Positions 1 to 8,741 of a DNA stretch of 64,000 bases are shown here, one piece after another; position 1 is the first letter of the stretch; each line of letters opens with the position of its first letter. The translations under genes and the position numbers were made by a program. Origin of the DNA: Bacillota bacterium (GTDB lineage: Bacteria; Bacillota; Clostridia; UBA1381; UMGS1253). The DNA lies in the NCBI GenBank assembly GCA_022706785.1, contig JAKJBW010000006.1, forward strand, positions 11,306-75,305, given 5' to 3'. The notes below the pieces were generated by a model. The model ran no database searches, was not told where the DNA came from, and was given only the letters and a program-made list of their open reading frames with translations.

Positions 1-363
1 GCTATCGGAATCATAATACTTCGCCCCGGCAAGCCTGCCGTTTTTATCAAAAAAGAATACAAAGTCTATTTTTAAATCAGTAAAAAAATTTTTATCCAGC
101 TGCCTAAGAAGGATATCGGAATCAGATAAGGAAGTGATACCATAGATGCTGTTTAAACGATTCAGGCTGCCGATGGCCAATTGGTTATTTTGTGTCATTT
201 CATTAAAATAGTAATCCACACTGACCATGCGTCTTTCAATCTGGCGGTTTTCGTCCTTTGTAATATGCGCCATAAAATCATTTACAAACAGAATATTGCC
301 TGCCAGCAGCATGATAAAGGATATGGATGCCACGGCCACCATAATTTTGTGCGCTATTTTCAT
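1..363 (-). CDS. Membrane-anchored sensor protein, N-terminal part (gene continues past window start)
   Basis: My own translation of the reverse strand from ATG at 363-361 gives MKIAHKIMVAVASISFIMLLAGNILFVNDF... This is one N-terminal TM helix followed by an extracytoplasmic-looking sensor region. AGGAG lies 8 nt upstream and the frame stays open to position 1. The output domain is not visible. Confidence 0.5.
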   Translation of the reverse strand, partial: MKIAHKIMVAVASISFIMLLAGNILFVNDFMAHITKDENRQIERRMVSVDYYFNEMTQNNQLAIGSLNRLNSIYGITSLSDSDILLRQLDKNFFTDLKIDFVFFFDKNGRLAGAKYYDSDS

Positions 364-527
364 AGTGTCATCTCCTAATACAGGGTTTTCTATGGAAAAC
401 CGTACTGTATGCAAATGATAATACGCTTCGGCGGATAGGGACGCACCCGCGCAGCGCGGGTAACCTTCAATGGTAACAGCTAAAATAACGCTTGTCTGTA
501 ACAGCGCTGACAGCACTATTGTACAAC

Positions 528-556
528 ATAAATCCATTTATGTCAATATATTCAAA
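528..556 (-). promoter_or_regulatory. Sigma-A type promoter for the sensor gene (TTGACA-17 nt-TACAAT with TGn)
   Basis: The reverse strand reads TTGACA taaatggatttatgttg TACAAT. The -35 is a perfect consensus, the spacer is 17 nt and the -10 is extended (TGt). Confidence 0.5.
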
Positions 557-604
557 TTAGTCTCGCCTTGCAAACTTTCGCTGCTGTGCAAGCCGTTAAC
601 GGCC

Positions 605-3340
605 TTACTGTTGCTGTATGCTCCCGACTGTATTGAAGGGTAATACCGGCAGTCCCGCAGAGCTAAACAGGCTCACCTGAGGATAGTTATACCAGGCATA
701 TCTGGCGCCATATACCGCTTCAAGAGAATCTGACCATACGGTAACCGTGTTGTCATCATTGATTTCTGCCTGGGCCGGCAACCATGTACCGTCGGCACCC
801 AGCACCTCAAAACCGGCCGCCGGACCGTCCTTAAAGCAAAGCGTATCGTATACATGATCAAACGCAACCGTGACCTTATTGCCTTGGGTTTCATATCCTT
901 TCATCTGCGGGCTTTCGCACTGCGTATCCTGTCCGTATATCATATTCATGGCAAGCATGGCAAGCCGGTCGCCTATCTGTTTTTTCCTTGTCGGATGAAT
1001 TTGCCCGGGGTCGGGGTCGGACAGGTCCACTGCGCTCACCAGTCCAGTATTGCTTGTGGTGTTTGCTACGCTCATCTGAACCTCGCGTATACACGGCCAG
1101 TTGTCTTGGTCGGTGCCAATGCTGTTTGTACCGTAGCCCGCAAGCTGCACGAGCATTACGGGAAGCGAGGCATCCTTAAATTCTGTGCGCAGACCGCCGA
1201 TATAGCTTCTTAGCAGGGGCTCGTACTGATAGCGCAGATGCGTACTGTTTTCACCCTGATAGTAAATAACGCCCTTTACGGCATACGGCGCGACAGCGTC
1301 CATATACCCGTTCCAAAAACCCGAAACCACGGGGATATCATCGGCCGCAACGCGTCCGATGCCTGTCACACAATCCGGCATAAATGCTTCAATCGTAGTG
1401 CCGCCGTAAGACAGGCGTATAAGACCTATAGTAACGCCACTCAGATCGTGGTTGGCCTCAAGCAGCTTTTGGGCAAAAAATGTGCCTATGGCGGGTGAGT
1501 TCGCCAACACATAGTCGTGGGTATTCATCCACTTTCCGGGACTGTCGAACTGGGGTGTGACGGCCATGGCCTTTTCGCCCCAGTAAAAGCGCAGGGCAGG
1601 TTTTCCCGTCAGCTTCTTTTTGGTTTCAGCCCCCTGATCACAATCGGATAAGAACATTTCGCAGTTGGACTGCCCCGCAACAAGGAACACTTCCCCCATT
1701 TGAAGGTTTTTGAGCACCACCTTTTTAAAGCTGCTGCTCACGGTCATATCGTAAGGACCGCCCTTAGGCTCGGGCGCAAGCTCTGCATACCAGCGTCCGT
1801 CTTTTACCATCGCTGTGATGGTCTGCTCTTTAAATTTAACGGTTATGGTATCCCCGCACACGCCTCTGCCCCACACAGGTATTTTTTTATCCCTTTGCAG
1901 AACCGCACCCGATGACAGTACCGATGGCAGCTCCAGATCACAGTTGATTTGTCTTCCGTCCGGATCTGATATTTTGGTGAGTATGGACGCGCACTCAGCC
2001 CGGCTCACCGCAGTATTGCCTGAGAAATTAAAAGCATCATCCAGACCCAGATAGCCTTGGTAAAAAGCGTACAGCACGGCCTGGCGGTATTCGTCGGGCA
2101 CATCATCAAAGTCCTTGATACAGCGGGCATACTGTATATCAGTGCTTAGACTCCCGTCAAAACGGTTTATCAACAGAGCAATATCGTACTTGGTGGCCGG
2201 CGCGTTTATGTCGGCAAACTCATTTTCCCTGACAAGACCTATCTGCTCAGCATATTTTATACATGCGTCAGCTGAAATATCTTTAGTGGCAAAGGAAGTA
2301 TCGCCCCACATCCGTATCAGCATGGTTATGAGCTGCCGAAGCGTGACTTTGTCATTAGGATGATATTTTCCGTCCGGATAGCAGTAAGCGATCCCCTGAT
2401 TAAGCAGGTAGCGGATATCTCCGTACGAATCACTTGCCTGTATATCGGATGGTGACACCAAAGAATAGCTCTGCAGCTGTTTTTCATACTGTTTAAACAC
2501 GTCGGGCCGGAAAAGCCTGATATTGTCGTAGCATACAACAGACGGCGTGCCCCATGAGGCCAGATCAAGTCCGCCAGCTGAAAAAACGGGGCCTTTGGCG
2601 CTTTCCAGGATTCTGTATACCGATGAGTCGGTATAATCGATTATGGGCTCAAACGTTTTAGCCGGGTTCTGAGGGCTGTCGGCATAAAAGCGTATGCGCA
2701 CATTGCCCTGGTCGGTGTTTTGGATAGCCAGACGGAGCGTGTATGCCGTATTTTCTCTAAGCAGATAGTAGCCTTGAGCCAGCAGCTGTGCTTCTCCAGG
2801 CGCCGCGGTATTGACAATAGCCCACTTGAGCCTGTATACATTCCCTACGGTATTCTCCATAAAATATCTCAGCGCGTAATATTCATGAAAATCTGCATCC
2901 TTTGTCCTTGGAATGATCGAGGCAACAGGACGGTTCTGCGAGCCTTCATTGCCCGTTTTTACAACACGCATGGTGAATTCCATAGCCAGATTTTGTTCAT
3001 GCTCCCATTGGCTGTCGGACAAAACGGCGTACTCCGGAGCGGAAGCGCCGCCCAACTGAAGCGCGCCGGTATCGCTTATGCGGCTTTTGGCAGACTTATT
3101 GTTGATGAGCGTCCACACGGTATTGTCCTGGTGGTCGGTGATCCGGTTGCCTTTAAGCTGTTTATCGTCAAAACTTTCGGTATAGTACGCCTGGCTTCCG
3201 TAAACGTCAGGGATAGGCGAAAATGTGCTTTTGAGTTTGTTGTTTGACGCATATTCAGAAGTGGCCATAATGAGTACGAGTGCCAAACATAAAAGGATAA
3301 TGCCCGTATATTTCCGTTTCATTAAAATACAAACCTCCAA
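605..3340 (-). CDS. Secreted multidomain carbohydrate esterase (sialate O-acetylesterase/SASA-like C-terminal domain, lectin/LamG-like N-terminal region, SLH-like central repeats)
   Basis: 911-aa ORF with an N-terminal signal/TM (GIILLCLALVLIMATSEYA). The C-terminal half carries LVAGQSNCEM and YYQGENS motifs typical of SASA/DUF303 SGNH-type O-acetylesterases. The central segment FDDVPDEYRQAVLYAFYQGYLGLDDAFNFSGNTAVSRAE resembles SLH. Confidence 0.7.
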   Translation of the reverse strand: MEVCILMKRKYTGIILLCLALVLIMATSEYASNNKLKSTFSPIPDVYGSQAYYTESFDDKQLKGNRITDHQDNTVWTLINNKSAKSRISDTGALQLGGASAPEYAVLSDSQWEHEQNLAMEFTMRVVKTGNEGSQNRPVASIIPRTKDADFHEYYALRYFMENTVGNVYRLKWAIVNTAAPGEAQLLAQGYYLLRENTAYTLRLAIQNTDQGNVRIRFYADSPQNPAKTFEPIIDYTDSSVYRILESAKGPVFSAGGLDLASWGTPSVVCYDNIRLFRPDVFKQYEKQLQSYSLVSPSDIQASDSYGDIRYLLNQGIAYCYPDGKYHPNDKVTLRQLITMLIRMWGDTSFATKDISADACIKYAEQIGLVRENEFADINAPATKYDIALLINRFDGSLSTDIQYARCIKDFDDVPDEYRQAVLYAFYQGYLGLDDAFNFSGNTAVSRAECASILTKISDPDGRQINCDLELPSVLSSGAVLQRDKKIPVWGRGVCGDTITVKFKEQTITAMVKDGRWYAELAPEPKGGPYDMTVSSSFKKVVLKNLQMGEVFLVAGQSNCEMFLSDCDQGAETKKKLTGKPALRFYWGEKAMAVTPQFDSPGKWMNTHDYVLANSPAIGTFFAQKLLEANHDLSGVTIGLIRLSYGGTTIEAFMPDCVTGIGRVAADDIPVVSGFWNGYMDAVAPYAVKGVIYYQGENSTHLRYQYEPLLRSYIGGLRTEFKDASLPVMLVQLAGYGTNSIGTDQDNWPCIREVQMSVANTTSNTGLVSAVDLSDPDPGQIHPTRKKQIGDRLAMLAMNMIYGQDTQCESPQMKGYETQGNKVTVAFDHVYDTLCFKDGPAAGFEVLGADGTWLPAQAEINDDNTVTVWSDSLEAVYGARYAWYNYPQVSLFSSAGLPVLPFNTVGSIQQQ

Positions 3341-3765
3341 GTACCATGAGTGTGCCGACTCCGTATGTCGGTATAAAATCTATGCAGAGTCTTTCCGGAT
3401 CCAAAAAATACCCAATCAGGCACCTTATTCTTATTCTACTGCTTCCCATGACAAAAAGCAATACAATATTAAGGGGCAGACTGTAAAAGCCGTAAAAAAG
3501 CATGATCCCGAAACTGAAGTGTATAAGGCGGCAATTCGGGGGTCATGCTTATTTGTTTTATCCGTACAGGCTCAAAGGAAACAGCTTATACGGATTTCAT
3601 TTTGAAATATAGCAATAAAAACGCAGGATTTTTTCCGTCAGGCGAGACGGCAGCTGGCGGGAATACTTGGTGTATTCCCACCGGCGACAACAAAGCATGG
3701 CGGGAAAAAGACAAGCTTTTATCTATATTTTAAATTGAAATCCGTATTACCCTGCTTTACGCATA

Positions 3766-5790
3766 CTAAAAGCGATAGGATGACAGCCGGGAGAGAACAG
3801 CTGCGATTTCACCCCTTGTTGCGGTATCCTTGGGCCGGAAGCCGGACTCATCGCCGCCCATCCAGCCGGCGATGCGAACGGTATAAACCGCGGATTTCGC
3901 CCAATCAGAAATATTGCTGTCATCCACAAAGATGAAACCATTAGGCACTGCATTCGTCTTAACCGCACGAACTAAAATGACGGCAATCTGCTCTCGGGTA
4001 ATCGCGTCATCCGGGCAGAAATTCCCATCGCCGTTACCTGCAATGATCCTGCGTGCCGTTAATGCGGCTATGTAATTTTTCGCCCAATGGTTTTGCGTGT
4101 CGCTGAAAGCGGCGCCCTCCATCGGCAATCCCAGATTAAGGTATTTTGCCATTGCTGCTGCAAATTCAGCGCGGGTCAGTTGTCCTTGCGGCCTGAAAGT
4201 GCCATCCTCATAGCCGCTCATAATGCCCTTACTGAGCACATCGCTTACATAGGGCTCATACCAGTTTGTGCCGGCTGCAGACGCAGACGTCGGTGCGGTT
4301 ATTCCTGCCACTACGCCGGCAACATTGGATGGGCTGGATTCTGCCCCGTCCACATTTTTGGCAATTACCCTGTAGTAATATTGCTGACCCGGCTTTGCTG
4401 ACGTATCGTTAAACGGTTTATATGGTTTGGTACTGTCAAACACATCGGAGGCTATGACAGACCAGGGACCGGTTTTCCTTTTGGCTCTCTCGACAGCGTA
4501 GGTATACCCGCCCACAGAGCCTTTCCAACGTATGGCGTCCGAAGAGGCGATGGGAAGCAGATAGGGTGCGTTGGGCACAGGCATGGGCGGCACGTCCAGA
4601 CCGCGTATTTTATAGGCGTATTCCCGCATGGTTTTCATAATATAAGGCTCGCCTTCAGGCAGCGTGCTGTCAAATCCGGGCCATTGAAATGAATCGCTCC
4701 TGTCCTCAAAATCGTTGACGAAATAATAGCCGCCGGTATCTCTGTGAGACCTCAGGCTCCATATCAGCGCCCCGGTTGTTCCGCTGTTTACAATATCGTC
4801 TAACAGCGGAAGAATTTCAGATTTTCCTACGAAGAATTCGCCTAGGACAAAAGGCTTTTTGCCCTTGCTTTGCTTGCGCAGATCAAAGATATTGTCTACA
4901 TAATGCAGCGTGCAGATATCAATATTCGGGTCATTTAATGAAACCGCTTTGATCTTGCCGTCGTTTTTATACTGACCGTCCATCACAAGGTGGTTGGGGT
5001 CTTCACTTTTAATGTAAGCGGCCATCTCGGACATCCAGTCGTCGGGCGAATAGGCAAGCTCGTTGCCAAGCTCCCAGGCCAGGATCGCCTTGTCGTCTTT
5101 ATATTTCACACCTGTGTATGTATTTGTTCTGTTTAACACATAAGATATGAGGGCTTTAAAGTCCTGCTTGATCTGGGGGTTGGTATAAAAAGCGGTTAAC
5201 GTTTTACCTTGGAAAGCCGCGAACTCATTGATACCGCCATGATGGGGGTAATTGTCGATAAACGGAACGATGACTCTTATGCCATATTTGTTGCACAGCC
5301 TCAGCATCCTGTCAAAATCCTGAAACAAATACTCGCTGTAGTCGCCGGGCGTATTCACATGACTGGCGTTATTGCGGTTGGCAGTGCCGCCTTTGACAGA
5401 GAAGACGTACACCCGCAGCGCCTGCCCACCCATTTGCGCAATGGTGCGGATAGCGTCCTCCTGCTCGTATTCGGTTACGCTGCTCTTGCCGTTGAACACC
5501 CTAGCCGTCAGGGCCGGAACGTTGTATGATATAAACCGGAACTCATTTTCACCGTCCATCAGCGCATCGCCTTTGCGCGTGATGAAATTGGCAAGCGCTT
5601 CAGGCGCCTGCCTGGCGGCTGCGGCGGCCGGCAAGCCACTGTCCTGCCTGCCTAAAACCCCTTTATCTTCGCTTGATACTGCCGAAGAAGCGGCGTTTGC
5701 ATTTTCTGCGGAAGCGGGTGCCGTAATCCCATCAGAAATGGTCAGCAGCAGGCTTATCATGGTTATCATTGCAAAAAAACGCTGTTTCAT
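3766..5790 (-). CDS. Secreted glycoside hydrolase family 5 (mannanase-like) with Fn3-like module and three C-terminal SLH domains
   Basis: ILAWELGNEL (GH5 acid/base NE motif) and FVLGEFF (nucleophile region) are present. The C-terminus has repeated SLH-type segments (FSDTQNHWAKNYIAALTARRIIAG...; FVDDSNISDWAKSAVYTVRIAG...). I moved the start to the internal ATG at 5790 (MKQRFFAMITMISLLLT signal peptide, AGGAGG upstream) because the longer ORF overlaps htpG. Confidence 0.8.
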   Translation of the reverse strand: MKQRFFAMITMISLLLTISDGITAPASAENANAASSAVSSEDKGVLGRQDSGLPAAAAARQAPEALANFITRKGDALMDGENEFRFISYNVPALTARVFNGKSSVTEYEQEDAIRTIAQMGGQALRVYVFSVKGGTANRNNASHVNTPGDYSEYLFQDFDRMLRLCNKYGIRVIVPFIDNYPHHGGINEFAAFQGKTLTAFYTNPQIKQDFKALISYVLNRTNTYTGVKYKDDKAILAWELGNELAYSPDDWMSEMAAYIKSEDPNHLVMDGQYKNDGKIKAVSLNDPNIDICTLHYVDNIFDLRKQSKGKKPFVLGEFFVGKSEILPLLDDIVNSGTTGALIWSLRSHRDTGGYYFVNDFEDRSDSFQWPGFDSTLPEGEPYIMKTMREYAYKIRGLDVPPMPVPNAPYLLPIASSDAIRWKGSVGGYTYAVERAKRKTGPWSVIASDVFDSTKPYKPFNDTSAKPGQQYYYRVIAKNVDGAESSPSNVAGVVAGITAPTSASAAGTNWYEPYVSDVLSKGIMSGYEDGTFRPQGQLTRAEFAAAMAKYLNLGLPMEGAAFSDTQNHWAKNYIAALTARRIIAGNGDGNFCPDDAITREQIAVILVRAVKTNAVPNGFIFVDDSNISDWAKSAVYTVRIAGWMGGDESGFRPKDTATRGEIAAVLSRLSSYRF

Positions 5791-5881
5791 TTTAGCCAGT
5801 TCCTCCTGTATCGTACAAAAGATTTTACGTTTTATGATAGGACTCTGATGCCGCTTAAAGCGCCTGCGCCGGCGGGCGCGT

Positions 5882-7756
5882 TTACCGCATGATTTTACAG
5901 ATGTTGTTTGTGAATGCCATGGGGTCTTCAACAGGCAATCCGCAAATCAGCAGTGCCTGGCTGTATAAAAGCTCGCTGTAAAGCCTCAGCTTGTCCTTAT
6001 CCTTTTCAAAGGCATCCTTTAAAGCGGCAAACACCGCATGGTTTACATTTATTTCAAGCACCTTTTCCGCTTTGATATCGGGGCTGTCGGGCATGGATTT
6101 TAGCACCTTTTCCATTTCAATGGTAAGCTCGCCCTCGTTTGTGAGGCATACAGGATAATTTTTCAGCCTTTTGGAAGAGCGCACATCCTTCACTTTTTCC
6201 GCAAGCATTTCTTTAATACTGTCGAATAAAGCGCGGTTATCCTCATTGTTGGCATCTGCGGTGTTTTGCTCTTCATCTAATTCAAAATCACCGCCGGACA
6301 CCGATTTAAATGCTTTGTCGTGATAGGCTACCATCATTTTGACCGCAAATTCATCCACATCGTCCGTGAAATATAACACCTCATAGCCTTTGTCCGACAC
6401 AAGCTCAAGCTGCGGCAATTTTTCGATCCGCTCAATGGACTCGCCCGAAGCGTAATAGATATGCTTTTGATCTTCAGGCATTCCTGACACATATTCCTGC
6501 AGGGTAACCAGCTTTTTTTCCTTTGAGGAATAGAACATCAGAAGATCGGCAAGCATTTCCTTATTGCTGCCGAAATCACTGTAAATGCCGTATTTGAGCT
6601 GCCTTCCGAAAGCGTTGAAGAACAGCGCATACTTTTCCCGGTCATTTTTAAGCAGGGATTCCAGCTCGCCTTTGATTTTTGTTTTAATATTTTTGGCAAT
6701 AAACTGCAACTGCCTGTCGTGCTGAAGCATTTCTCTGGAAATATTGAGCGATAAATCCTGTGAATCCACAATGCCCCGAACAAACGCGAAATAGTCGGGC
6801 ACGAGGTCGGCACACCGGTTCATGATCAGCACGCCGTTTGCGTAAAGCTCAAGCCCTTTTTCGTATTCCTTGGTGTAAAAATCATAGGGCGCCCGCTCCG
6901 GAATAAATAAAATAGCATTGTAGCTGACAACCCCGTCGACGCTGGTATGGATATATTTAAGCGGCTTATCGAAGCCGTAGTGGCGTTCGAAATAAAAATT
7001 TTCATAATCCGCGTCCGAAAGCTCAGCCTTATTCTTTTTCCATATCGGCACCATACTGTTTACGGTCTGCTCTTCGGTGACGTCTTCATATTCGTCCTTG
7101 CTGCCTTCCTTGAGCCTGTGCTGCGTGATATCCATCTTTATGGGGTATCTGATGAAATCGGAATATTTTTTAATAAAGGATCTGAGTTTGTATTCTTCAA
7201 GATACTGCCCATAATCCTCGTCGTCAGTATTCGCCTTTATAGAGAGGATGACATCGGTGCCCACACCTTCCTTCTCACACGGCTGTATGGTATAGCCGTC
7301 GGCCCCTGTGGATTTCCACTCATAGCCCTGCTCGCTGCCCAGCGCCTTTGTTATCACTGTCACCGTATCCGCTACCATAAACGCGGAATAAAACCCCACG
7401 CCGAACTGGCCGATGATATCGTAGTCGTCATGCGGGTCATTTTGTTTTTTAAAGTTTAACGAACCGCTTTTGGCGATAACGCCGAGGTTATCGTCTAACT
7501 CCTCTTTTGTCATACCAATACCGGTATCGGATATTTTAAGCGTTCTGTTATGTTTGTCGGCTGCTATCTTGATATAATAATTATCGCGGTCAAACGTAAG
7601 CGATTCATCGGTCAGCGCCTTATAATAGATTTTGTCTATGGCGTCGCTTGCGTTTGAAATGAGCTCACGAAGAAAAATCTCCTTATGTGTGTAGATGGAA
7701 TTTACCATAAGGTCAAGGAGCCTTTTGGATTCTGCTTTAAATTGTTTTTTTGCCAA
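5882..7756 (-). CDS. htpG: Molecular chaperone HtpG (Hsp90)
   Basis: 624 aa with the hallmark N-terminal [12 protein letters not shown] and [19 protein letters not shown] ATPase motifs. The length is full for HtpG. Confidence 0.95.
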   Translation of the reverse strand: MAKKQFKAESKRLLDLMVNSIYTHKEIFLRELISNASDAIDKIYYKALTDESLTFDRDNYYIKIAADKHNRTLKISDTGIGMTKEELDDNLGVIAKSGSLNFKKQNDPHDDYDIIGQFGVGFYSAFMVADTVTVITKALGSEQGYEWKSTGADGYTIQPCEKEGVGTDVILSIKANTDDEDYGQYLEEYKLRSFIKKYSDFIRYPIKMDITQHRLKEGSKDEYEDVTEEQTVNSMVPIWKKNKAELSDADYENFYFERHYGFDKPLKYIHTSVDGVVSYNAILFIPERAPYDFYTKEYEKGLELYANGVLIMNRCADLVPDYFAFVRGIVDSQDLSLNISREMLQHDRQLQFIAKNIKTKIKGELESLLKNDREKYALFFNAFGRQLKYGIYSDFGSNKEMLADLLMFYSSKEKKLVTLQEYVSGMPEDQKHIYYASGESIERIEKLPQLELVSDKGYEVLYFTDDVDEFAVKMMVAYHDKAFKSVSGGDFELDEEQNTADANNEDNRALFDSIKEMLAEKVKDVRSSKRLKNYPVCLTNEGELTIEMEKVLKSMPDSPDIKAEKVLEINVNHAVFAALKDAFEKDKDKLRLYSELLYSQALLICGLPVEDPMAFTNNICKIMR

Positions 7757-8031
7757 GCTAATCTCTCCTTCTGCTGTAAAATTTGTATAAAAAAAATTTG
7801 TTGGTACAAAAAGAAAAGGCGAAACCGGCGGCCATGGTTTGTAAGCGATAACGCTTAGTTTTTATATAACATATATTTCTTTTTTCGTCAATACGTTCAA
7901 AAGCCAAAACAATTTTTAACAAAGAAAACCGCGATAACGGCGCGCTGCCCAAACCGGATTTATTCTGATTTTTCCACGCATATTGGCCGGTTATTCTGGA
8001 ACACTAAAAAAGAAAGGGAGGTGTGAGCTGA

Positions 8032-8265
8032 ATGACGCAAAAAAATAATCCGGATGATCGTAAGGATAATGTTGAAAAGATTCAAAAAAACATTGATAAC
8101 ACCATTGAGAATATGGAGCTTGCGGCGGATATGATGCTAAACACATCTGATGAAAAAGCAAAGCAGGACCTTATTGATAAAAACAAAAGAAGGAAGCAGG
8201 CACTTGAAGGCATGCGCCGTGAAATAAAGGATGAAGCGGATGCGCGGGCTCATAACTACCAGTAA
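8032..8265 (+). CDS. tlp: Small acid-soluble spore protein Tlp
   Basis: The 77-aa sequence PDDRKDNVEKIQKNIDNTIENMELA...KNKRRKQALEGMRREIKDEA closely follows Bacillus Tlp (PDDRSDNVEKLQ..TIENIEEA..REIKDE). GGGAGG RBS. A GCATA-18 nt-ACACTAA motif at 7978-8007 weakly resembles a forespore sigma-F/G promoter. Confidence 0.8.
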   Translation: MTQKNNPDDRKDNVEKIQKNIDNTIENMELAADMMLNTSDEKAKQDLIDKNKRRKQALEGMRREIKDEADARAHNYQ

Positions 8266-8323
8266 TGTAAAAAAGGTATAGCACAATCCGCGTATACCGA
8301 ACAAAGAGCATAGAAATGATTTT

Positions 8324-8347
8324 GCGCCCTTTTGCAGGGCGCCTTTT
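8324..8347 (+). terminator. Intrinsic terminator after tlp
   Basis: GCGCCC-7 nt loop-GGGCGC followed by CTTTTACTATATTTTT. Confidence 0.6.
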
Positions 8348-8381
8348 ACTATATTTTTGAAGTGTCCGATGGTTATATATA

Positions 8382-8636
8382 TTATTTGTGGCTATGGTAA
8401 AATTCACGCAATTCCTGTTTTGTGCTGTCATCGAGATTGTGCCAGCGTATACCGCGGATAGCGCCTTCCAGACCATTTAAACGCATAATGCACGCGGATG
8501 GATCCATTATTTTGATACGCAGCCAGGCCTCTCTGCTTCCCACGCAGGCTAATTCTTCGGGGGTATGTATACCCACCTCATTTAGCTGCTGTTCCACCTT
8601 GACGCCTATATTGGCAAGCTTGGCCAATTCACCCAT
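8382..8636 (-). CDS. TfoX/Sxy C-terminal domain protein
   Basis: The 84-aa sequence LANIGVKVEQQLNEVGIHTPEELACVGSREAWLRIK...RLNGLEGAIRGIRWHNL matches the helix-hairpin-helix TfoX_C pattern. Confidence 0.7.
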   Translation of the reverse strand: MGELAKLANIGVKVEQQLNEVGIHTPEELACVGSREAWLRIKIMDPSACIMRLNGLEGAIRGIRWHNLDDSTKQELREFYHSHK

Positions 8637-8692
8637 TTTAAACCCTCCTTTGATTTAGAAAAGCAAATATTTGCCTTTAAACAACATTACCC

Positions 8693-8728
8693 AAAAAGAA
8701 AAAGCGACTGCTTTTGTAAGCAATCGCT
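8693..8728 (-). terminator. Intrinsic terminator after the large surface protein gene
   Basis: The reverse strand reads AGCGATTGCTT-acaa-AAGCAGTCGCT followed by TTTTTCTTTTT. The single non-Watson-Crick position is a G-U wobble only on the minus-strand RNA. Confidence 0.6.
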
Positions 8729-8741
8729 GTTTTTTAAAGCA

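Noticed and set aside
430-490. The plus-strand string GGGACGCACCCGCGCAGCGCGGGTAACC, preceded by a CGC-TTCG-GCG hairpin and TGCAAA, is superficially reminiscent of the c-di-GMP-I (GEMM) riboswitch core (GGCAAACC...GGGACGCAAAGCC...GGGGTTACC).
   Set aside because: It lies on the strand antisense to both flanking genes, with no downstream plus-strand gene. The spacing and the GCAAACC and AAAGCC boxes do not match. It is more likely part of the minus-strand leader of the sensor gene.
5791-5931. The N-terminal 47-codon extension of the GH5 ORF as given in the ORF track.
   Set aside because: It overlaps the 3' end of htpG, encodes an Arg-rich non-signal sequence, and an internal ATG with AGGAGG and a proper signal peptide exists at 5790.
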